Of a stretch of 25,016 nucleotides of DNA, positions 8,992 through 15,327 are shown in pieces. Source of the stretch: a virus. Taxonomy: Duplodnaviria; Caudoviricetes. How positions within the stretch are numbered: the stretch's first letter is position 1; each line of letters opens with the position of its first letter. Under the pieces are notes generated by a model. That model saw only the letters and a list, made by a program, of their open reading frames with translations, searched no databases and was not told the DNA's origin. The stretch covers positions 1 to 25,016 of the IMG/VR virus record IMGVR_UViG_3300043406_000047; one strand, given 5' to 3'. Made by a program: the position numbers and the translations under genes.

Positions 8992-9980
8992 GCCTGCACC
9001 CAGTTGCGCCGACGCCGGTGCAGGTAGCTGTACGTCGGCTTGATGATGCGCGCGGAGTCCTTCACGCGCGGCAACAACAGGTCCTTGAAACGCGCCAGGT
9101 CCGCGCCCATGCGCTGCGACAGGGCCGACGCCTTGTCGGGCATGTCCATCGACGTGAGAATCTCGACCGCGGTCGCATCCACCAAGGTCGCGTGGAAGTC
9201 GTCGGGCAGCTGCGGCCAGTCGGACTGTTCGGCAGCGCGAACCCAGTCGCCAAGCTCGACCGCGCTCATGTCGTCCGAGCCGCCGACCGTGATCGTGGTG
9301 CCGCTGTACGTCTGCGGAACGCCGGTGAGAGCGAGCTCGTGCCATCCGTCGGGGTGGATGACGTCGATGCGCGTCGTACCGCTGACGAGAGCTGCGGGCG
9401 TGATGACGCCGGCCGCCACCGCTTCCTGGTCGAACGGGATGACGTTGACGGTGATCGTGCGCGCGGTGGGGTTCACCGCGCTGACCTGGCCTCGCACGAC
9501 GCCGCTGTTGAGCGTCGAGCTCTGCTGCGCTACGAGCCGACTTGGACGGCGGTAGTAGCGCATGCGCAGCGCGTAGGCGTTGTCCGGGGAGGGAAGCAGA
9601 TGCACCTGATCGCCCTCGACCACGTAGTGATTGCTGAAGCCGCGCGTCGGGTTCGTATACGGGCCTTCGAGCTGGCCCGCGTCGTAGGCGCCGACCTCGG
9701 TGAGCGGCCAGAAGCAGCCGCTCGCGTCCGCGATCTCGACCTTCTCGAGGCCGCCGTTGACCGCGCGGCCGGGGATGCGGTAGCGCGCGCGGCCCGCGGT
9801 CGTGGTGGTGATCGCCGCGTCGAGCCAGTAGCCGCCGCGTGCGTCCACCACCATCTGCGGGAACACCGTCGACAGGATCGAATTCGCCTCGAGGATAATG
9901 CGCGCGGACGTGTAGTCCGGGAACGCGTCGCCGATAAACGCGCGCATGCGAACCTCAGCCACGAGTTCATCCGTTCTCAC
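8988..9980 (-). CDS. Head-tail adaptor / tail tubular protein A-like, 330 aa
   Basis: Start re-called to GTG 9980 (GTGA overlap, GGAGG upstream). N-terminal helices (TDELVAEVR...IILEAN), TTTAGRARYRIP, HLLPSPD...LRMRYYRRP and PQLPDDFHATLV are typical adaptor motifs. Confidence 0.75.
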   Translation of the reverse strand: MRTDELVAEVRMRAFIGDAFPDYTSARIILEANSILSTVFPQMVVDARGGYWLDAAITTTTAGRARYRIPGRAVNGGLEKVEIADASGCFWPLTEVGAYDAGQLEGPYTNPTRGFSNHYVVEGDQVHLLPSPDNAYALRMRYYRRPSRLVAQQSSTLNSGVVRGQVSAVNPTARTITVNVIPFDQEAVAAGVITPAALVSGTTRIDVIHPDGWHELALTGVPQTYSGTTITVGGSDDMSAVELGDWVRAAEQSDWPQLPDDFHATLVDATAVEILTSMDMPDKASALSQRMGADLARFKDLLLPRVKDSARIIKPTYSYLHRRRRNWVQA

Positions 9981-10834
9981 CACCACCTCCCGCCGCGCGA
10001 TGCCGCGGGCGCCGCCGGCCGCGAACCGAGCGCGCCGCCGCGCGAGCCGATGCCACCGAGCGCGCCCCGGCCTCCCAGGTGCGCCAGGATGCCGAGGCCG
10101 GGGCGGTGCGGCGCAGAGTGCCCACCACCCATGCCTGGACGATGCGGGCGAGTGGGCCGCGCGGGCGTGGTCGGAGTCGTCGGCGTCGGAGCCGGTGTCG
10201 TCGGAGTGGTGGGAGTGGTCGGCGTGGGCGTGGGAGCAGGCGTAGGAGTCGCCGCCGGCTGCGGCCGCGCCGCCATCTGCCCGAGGAAGTTCTGTCCGTG
10301 CGTCTCGTCGTCGAAGAGGTTCGCACCGCCGATCCAACTCGGACCCTGCATGCGCGGGTCCTTGTAGTTCGCGCCGCTGGGAGTGCCGTTGGGATGCAGC
10401 TCCGCCTCGGTCTTCGGCTTCTCCGGCGGCTTGGGCGGCTGGAGCGCCGACGTCATCATGCCGGCGAGCTGGTTGAGGTAGCCCGACATGTCGAAGCCAC
10501 CGCCGCCGCCACCAGCGCTTGCACCGTAGCCACCGCCACTCATCGACATCCCGCCACCGCTCGACTGCTGCGGGGCCTGTTGCTGCGCGGGTTGCTGTTG
10601 CGGCTGTTGCTGTGCAGGCGCGGGCCGCGGCGTCGAGGTCGTCACCTGCCCGGGGAACGAATGCGTCCCAGCGTTGAATACGCCCGTGGAGGTCGGGTAG
10701 TAGACGCCAAAGTTCGAGTCCTTGACGATGCTCGTCGGCCCGGTCGTGAAGCCGCTGGAGAGCAGTCCGCCGTTGCTCTCGCCCGGCTGCCACGCACGGG
10801 TTACCGCCGTGCTGAATGGGTTCGAGAGCGCCAT
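9977..10834 (-). CDS. Low-complexity Pro/Gly/Thr/Gln-rich protein (285 aa), probable virion/internal protein
   Basis: TGATG coupling at 10834; poly-Q, poly-G and PT repeat tracts; basic Gly-rich C-terminus. Confidence 0.65.
   Translation of the reverse strand: MALSNPFSTAVTRAWQPGESNGGLLSSGFTTGPTSIVKDSNFGVYYPTSTGVFNAGTHSFPGQVTTSTPRPAPAQQQPQQQPAQQQAPQQSSGGGMSMSGGGYGASAGGGGGGFDMSGYLNQLAGMMTSALQPPKPPEKPKTEAELHPNGTPSGANYKDPRMQGPSWIGGANLFDDETHGQNFLGQMAARPQPAATPTPAPTPTPTTPTTPTTPAPTPTTPTTPARPTRPHRPGMGGGHSAPHRPGLGILAHLGGRGALGGIGSRGGALGSRPAAPAASRGGRWW
10161..10256 (-). repeat. Pro-Thr coding repeat (ATPTPAPTPTPTTPTTPTTPAPTPTTPTTPAR)
   Basis: Degenerate 6- and 9-bp units such as gtcggagtc and gtgggagtg on the + strand. 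Confidence 0.8.
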
Positions 10835-11565
10835 CAGCCCCAGAACCCCGAGCGCAGCGCGTCGAGGTAGTTGCCCTGCCCTGCGCGCGCAGCGATGCGC
10901 GGGTCAGCGCCCGAGAACGCGCGATCGGCCTGGCCGGGCAGCATCGGGCCACCGCCACCGCCGCCACTGACGTAGACATTCTGCGACTGCGACTGGTCCG
11001 ACGTCGCCGTGGGCGCGTTGACGTTCAACATCATCGCCATCGCGTTCGCGACGCTGGACATGTCGGGCATCGCGCCCGCCTGCGCAGGGACGGGATCGAC
11101 TGCTCCACCGCCTCCGGTCGGATAACCGCCACCCGAGGTCGGCGTGCTTGGGTATCCGCCTCCGCTGCTCGGCGGGTAGCTCGGCGTGCTGCCTCCGCCA
11201 CCACTCGGCGTTCTGGTCGGCGTGCTGGTGCGCGTCGGAGGAAGCGTCACCGTCGGCGGCCGCGGCTGCGTGTACGAGTAGCTCGGGTTCTTGACGATCG
11301 ACGGCTGCTTGATCTGGACGTCGCCGGGCGGATGCCCGACCGGGTAGTAGGTCTGCGCCGGCTGGTACGCCTTCGATGGAGTCGTGATCGGCTTCGAGAT
11401 CGTCGGCGTGTACGAGTATCCCGAGTTGACGAGCTTGTTCGAAGATGTCGCGGCCTTAGGCGCAGGCGTCGGCGAAGCCGAGTAACTCGGGCTCTTTGTG
11501 ACCGTGGCCGGCTTCTTGACGGTGTCGAGAATGCTCGACTTACCGGTATTGAATGTGACAGCCAT
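10834..11565 (-). CDS. Low-complexity Ser/Thr/Pro/Gly/Tyr-rich protein (243 aa)
   Basis: TGATG coupling at both ends; repeated YSYT and GGGYP motifs. Confidence 0.65.
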   Translation of the reverse strand: MAVTFNTGKSSILDTVKKPATVTKSPSYSASPTPAPKAATSSNKLVNSGYSYTPTISKPITTPSKAYQPAQTYYPVGHPPGDVQIKQPSIVKNPSYSYTQPRPPTVTLPPTRTSTPTRTPSGGGGSTPSYPPSSGGGYPSTPTSGGGYPTGGGGAVDPVPAQAGAMPDMSSVANAMAMMLNVNAPTATSDQSQSQNVYVSGGGGGGPMLPGQADRAFSGADPRIAARAGQGNYLDALRSGFWG

Positions 11566-11981
11566 CAGAACAGACCTCCGAACTCGTCATCATCGAGCCC
11601 GCGGAAATGGTTCACCTGGTAGGCGCCGTTCGCGTACGGCACCGGAGTCGTTCCGAAGCGCTGGTCGTTGCTCGCACCGAGCGCATTGCTCAGTCCACCG
11701 ATCGACGGCTGCGACGGCGCAGCTGACAAGCTGTCGATGCCGCCCACAGCCATCGGCACGAGCGAAGCAAGCAGCGAGCGCTGCCCTTCGTCGCGACGGT
11801 CGGCGAGCTGCTGCTTGAGCTGCGCGGCCTGAAAGCCGTACGTGGGCATGTCGGGCGCCATGCGGCGCGCCAAGTCCATGCGCATGTTCGCGATCGCCTG
11901 CTTTTTGGCCTTCTCTTCGTCGTCGCCGCCGAACAGCTGACTGGCGAGGGTGCCGGCGAGGATGGGAATCCACGGAGCCAT
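11565..11981 (-). CDS. Small protein resembling a small ejection protein (P22 gp7 / T7 gp14-type architecture), 138 aa
   Basis: N-terminal hydrophobic segment MAPWIPILAGTLASQLFGG, charged helix EEKAKKQA, second hydrophobic patch LLASLVPMAVGG; GAGG upstream. Confidence 0.55.
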   Translation of the reverse strand: MAPWIPILAGTLASQLFGGDDEEKAKKQAIANMRMDLARRMAPDMPTYGFQAAQLKQQLADRRDEGQRSLLASLVPMAVGGIDSLSAAPSQPSIGGLSNALGASNDQRFGTTPVPYANGAYQVNHFRGLDDDEFGGLF

Positions 11982-12001
11982 GCGGGGACCTCAAGGGGAG
12001 A

Positions 12002-12041
12002 AGCCCCGCGCCAGGGAACGCGACTAACCTGGCGCGGGGCT
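12002..12041 (-). terminator. Strong hairpin after the MCP stop; probable leaky terminator or mRNA stabiliser
   Basis: Perfect 14-bp inverted repeat agccccgcgccagg (12002-12015) / cctggcgcggggct (12028-12041) with a 12-nt loop; only a weak pyrimidine tail on the minus strand. Confidence 0.65.
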
Positions 12042-12049
12042 GGAAGTGC

Positions 12050-13336
12050 TCAGCTCGAAGCGATGTCGCCGGTGTTCACGACGCCCGTAAACTCCATGCA
12101 GTAGTAGGGAATTTCGATGATCGGAGCCTGGTTGCTGAAGATGCGGATTTCGCTACCCGCGTTGTTGCTCAGCTCCTGGTAGAACCACTGGTTCGTTCCG
12201 GGGAGCGAGAACGTGAGGTCCGTCGAGCCGACGCGCTTGAGCACGTCACGCGCGATGAACATCGAGATGCCCTGCTTCATGAAGCGGTGCAGCGCGACGT
12301 TGACGTTTCCGACGGGGCTCTTGTATTCGAGGTTTTCGACGCCCTGCCGCTTCACCTCATCGGTGTTGCCGGTGTAGCGCTGCAGCGCGTCAGCTTCCTC
12401 CGCCAACTCGGCGAAGGTCATGCCGTTGACGAACAGCTTCCCGCCCTTGGTCAGGCCGTTCGGGTAGATGCGCGCCATCCCTTGCAGGATTTTCGCGCGC
12501 GACATGGCACCACCAACCGCGTACTGCGGGGAGCGCCACATCGGATAGGTGGCCGCCGAGATGCCGAACAGCGAGCCGACGTTCTCGAGGATGGCTTGCA
12601 CGCCCACGCACGACTTGGTGCGCGCGCCCGCAGGCACGATGATGTCGTTCGCAGCGACGACCGCAGCCGACGCGGTCTTGAACAGCTGCAAGCGCGTCTG
12701 CGTGCTGGAGGTGACGGCCTGCACGGTGACGCTGCTTTCGCGGATGGTCGTGCCGTCCGACTGGTAGACGTCCACCAGGCCGTTGATGAAGCTGTTCCAG
12801 ATGCCGGGCGCCCAGGTCGCTTGCGACAGGCGCACGACCTGCGGAGCCGCGAGGTTCGCGCCCGAGACGGACGCCGCCACGACACCGAGGTTCGCTGCGG
12901 CCGCCGCGGCAGTGCCGCAGCCGTACAGCATGTCGATCTCGCGGTAGAACTCGCCCGACTGCATGAGCGACTTCGTCTTGAGATCGGTAGGCTTCCAGAA
13001 TGCGCCGCCATCGTTGCCGTTGGCCGCGCCGTTCTTGCCCTTGGCGATGACATCGTACGGGATGGTGCCGCGCACCATGATCGTCGAGCCGTCGATCTGA
13101 GCGTTCTGCAGGACGCTGTCGACGGCGGCGTTCAGTGCGAACGCGGTGCCGTCGGTGTTGTGCGTCTGGCCGTGCTCAAGCGAGACCTGGACCGGGAAGT
13201 TGTATGCGATGCCCGGTCGCGAATCGGCCGCGACGAATTCAGAGTAATCGGCGAGAGTGTTCTCGGCCGGCAAGGGATTGATGAACTTGCCGTACCGCTG
13301 CTTGAAATTTGGCTGCCAGTTGGCGTAGCTGGACAT
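12050..13336 (-). CDS. Major capsid protein (428 aa)
   Basis: Follows portal and scaffold; strong GGAGG; N-terminal FKQRYG, E-loop-like YNFPVQVS, late GVENLEYKSPVGNVNVALHRFMK; strong codon bias; downstream hairpin. Confidence 0.8.
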   Translation of the reverse strand: MSSYANWQPNFKQRYGKFINPLPAENTLADYSEFVAADSRPGIAYNFPVQVSLEHGQTHNTDGTAFALNAAVDSVLQNAQIDGSTIMVRGTIPYDVIAKGKNGAANGNDGGAFWKPTDLKTKSLMQSGEFYREIDMLYGCGTAAAAAANLGVVAASVSGANLAAPQVVRLSQATWAPGIWNSFINGLVDVYQSDGTTIRESSVTVQAVTSSTQTRLQLFKTASAAVVAANDIIVPAGARTKSCVGVQAILENVGSLFGISAATYPMWRSPQYAVGGAMSRAKILQGMARIYPNGLTKGGKLFVNGMTFAELAEEADALQRYTGNTDEVKRQGVENLEYKSPVGNVNVALHRFMKQGISMFIARDVLKRVGSTDLTFSLPGTNQWFYQELSNNAGSEIRIFSNQAPIIEIPYYCMEFTGVVNTGDIASS

Positions 13337-13339
13337 TGT

Positions 13340-13391
13340 CCGGCCTCCGAAATGGAACGGGTTGAGGAACCCCTTCGCGTTCGGTTGCCGG
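13340..13391 (-). promoter_or_regulatory. RBS-sequestering stem-loop in the MCP 5' leader
   Basis: mRNA CCGGC-aa-CCGAA-cgc-GAA-g-GGGUU-ccuc-AACCC-g-UUC-cau-UUCGG-ag-GCCGG-acaAUG; the GGAGG SD (13344-13348) lies within the 3' arm. Confidence 0.55.
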
Positions 13392-13408
13392 TGGGCGGTT
13401 TAGTGGCC

Positions 13409-13447
13409 TGGTTGCTCTGACACTTGACGCCGTTTGGTTGCTCTGAC
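13409..13447. repeat. 13-bp direct repeat tggttgctctgac, two copies
   Basis: Copies at 13409-13421 and 13435-13447; core ggttgc also at 13383. Confidence 0.8.
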
Positions 13448-13529
13448 GTTCAGAGTCCGCGTGCGTCTATGCGAGTCCTGCCAGCTAAATACGTCGGTCC
13501 TACTATGCTCAGGTCTGAGAGCGTTGGTA

Positions 13530-13904
13530 CTACTTCACACCAGTCTGATCGTGTGACTTTCCGTTTGCAACGGTGTCCTTGTGACTTTCGTTGCTACTGT
13601 TCTTTTCTTTATGCACACGCTCGGGTCGGAACATCTCATCAGGCGATGGGAGCTTGAGCGCTTCGAGTTCGCGCACCTTCTCGGCGTGCTCGCGCAGCAG
13701 TGCGTCGCGCGCTTCGAGCTTGCGATCCATGGCGGCGACCACTGCGGGGATGCCCGCGCCTTCGAGCTGCGTGACGCGCTCGTCCAGCCGGCGCGCCAGG
13801 GCACACAGCCACGGAACGCGCCGTGCGGACGGGCCGCCACTGGCGCGGCCCGTCGCGACTTCGGCTTCGGTCTCGATCAGGGCGGCGAGGTCGTCGGCGT
13901 TCAT
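13530..13904 (-). CDS. Hypothetical coiled-coil protein (124 aa)
   Basis: ATGA coupling at 13901-13904; the last ~25 codons are AT-rich and overlap the putative promoter. Confidence 0.55.
   Translation of the reverse strand: MNADDLAALIETEAEVATGRASGGPSARRVPWLCALARRLDERVTQLEGAGIPAVVAAMDRKLEARDALLREHAEKVRELEALKLPSPDEMFRPERVHKEKNSSNESHKDTVANGKSHDQTGVK
13542..13589 (-). promoter_or_regulatory. Candidate sigma70-type promoter for MCP with flanking 10-bp direct repeats
   Basis: TTGCAA (13570-13565)-N17-CAGACT (13547-13542); tgtgactttc at 13552-13561 and 13580-13589; local GC 28/60 in 13561-13620. Confidence 0.4.
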
Positions 13905-14185
13905 TGGACGGGCTCCTCACTTGCGTCGGCGAGCGCGCGATCTGCGATCGCGGTCAGCTCGAGCGGCTGGTCGCCGGTGTCCTTCAAGCCGATCACTACC
14001 TTGCCGTGAAGCTGGACCAGCACCAGGCGGTTGGGGTCGGTGGTCTCGATGTCTTCGAGGTCGAGCGTGATGGGGCCGCTGTGCAGCACGATCACGCCCA
14101 GCAGCTGCTGCAGGCTGCGCAGCTGGCCTTGCACGAGCGCCTTGGCCTTGCGGGCCTTCTCGAGTGCGATGGGTTTGGCGGTCAT
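13901..14185 (-). CDS. Hypothetical protein (94 aa)
   Basis: ATGA overlaps at both ends; GC-biased third codon positions. Confidence 0.65.
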   Translation of the reverse strand: MTAKPIALEKARKAKALVQGQLRSLQQLLGVIVLHSGPITLDLEDIETTDPNRLVLVQLHGKVVIGLKDTGDQPLELTAIADRALADASEEPVQ

Positions 14186-15327
14186 CGTCCCTTGAGGAAG
14201 TCGGCGAAGTTGGTGGACCGGAAGCGCGTGTCACGCTGACCGGGTGCGAGTTTAGGGCGCGGCGGGGCTCCTGCGGGCACCCTGCGCGGCCCGAGGGGCT
14301 GGACTTGCCGCGGGGCGTTGGTGGGCTGTTGGGGCGCCTGCCCGAGGTGTTTGCGGGCGAGGTCCTCGAGCGTCTCGGCAGTCGCCTGAGAGGCGCGCTC
14401 GACGGCTTCGGGGATCGAGCCCATTTGCGAGTCCCACACGTTCTGTATGTGCATTTGGAACACGCGGGTCGCGAGGGGCGACGGGGTGATGTTGTAGCGC
14501 TGCCAGGCGGGGCCGACGTGCGCATTGAGCGCCGCGATCATCTGCGGCTTGGCCTGCTCTCGCGGATCGACCTCGGGCTCGCGCGGCTGACGGCGGGCCT
14601 GCTCCTCCAGCATCTCGGCGCGGCGCTCGGCGTCCTGGGCGCGCTGGAAGTGGGCGCGCTCGGTAGGCGTCATCTTCAGCAGCGAAAGGCGCTCGCGGGC
14701 GAGGTCCTCGGCGCAGGCTTCGAACGCGGCCTCGTGCTGCGGCCCGAGCCGGCGCAGCGTCGCGCGCAGCACCTTCGGGTTGCTCATGCGCTCGAGGAAC
14801 ATGCGGTTCTGCTCGATCGCCTGCTGCGCGCGCCCGCGCTCCGCAGCCGCCTCCTGGCTCTTGCGCGAGTAGTCCGACATGCGCAGGTAGCCTTCCTTCA
14901 GCTCGCGCACCGTCTTGGGCACCTCGACGCCGTTCACCGGCACCGGCACCGTCTTGTCGAGGAAGTACTCGTGCAGCTCGGGGCGCTGCGTCACCTGGAA
15001 CATCTCTTGGAGCTGCTCGTATGGCGGCATCCCGTCGGGGGCTTGCTGCTCGTCCTGTTCGCCCTCTTGCGGCTCGCCTTCGGACGGCTCATCGCTGAAC
15101 TGCTGCGTGGGGTCCTCGGCGTCCCCCTCGGCGCGCCGCTCGGGGTTCTCCCATTTCGGCTCGGCGCCCGAGACGTCACCGCCCCAGGCGTTGGTGTTGC
15201 TCGGGCCGGTGTTGTCGCGCATTTCCTGTGCGCCACCGTCGTCGCTTCCAGTGTCCGCGGGCGTGTTGCCCACGTTCGCGAGATGCGCCTCGAAGTTCGA
15301 GGGCGTCGCTGCCAGTTCTGCGCTCAT
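14182..15327 (-). CDS. Capsid scaffolding protein (381 aa)
   Basis: Acidic disordered N-terminus; characteristic VPVNGVEVPKTVRELKEGYLRMSDYSRKSQE motif; coiled coil; Pro/Arg linker and short C-terminal helix FADFLKGR; between portal and MCP. Confidence 0.8.
   Translation of the reverse strand: MSAELAATPSNFEAHLANVGNTPADTGSDDGGAQEMRDNTGPSNTNAWGGDVSGAEPKWENPERRAEGDAEDPTQQFSDEPSEGEPQEGEQDEQQAPDGMPPYEQLQEMFQVTQRPELHEYFLDKTVPVPVNGVEVPKTVRELKEGYLRMSDYSRKSQEAAAERGRAQQAIEQNRMFLERMSNPKVLRATLRRLGPQHEAAFEACAEDLARERLSLLKMTPTERAHFQRAQDAERRAEMLEEQARRQPREPEVDPREQAKPQMIAALNAHVGPAWQRYNITPSPLATRVFQMHIQNVWDSQMGSIPEAVERASQATAETLEDLARKHLGQAPQQPTNAPRQVQPLGPRRVPAGAPPRPKLAPGQRDTRFRSTNFADFLKGR

Noticed and set aside
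8992-10979. 950-aa and 663-aa versions of nozzle and adaptor in the ORF track
   Set aside because: Their N-terminal extensions overlap better genes in other frames; stop/start overlaps support starts at 8991 and 9980.
13337-13530. tRNA or known riboswitch in the intergenic gap
   Set aside because: No cloverleaf or T-loop consensus and no aptamer consensus recognised; kept only as a candidate leader structure.
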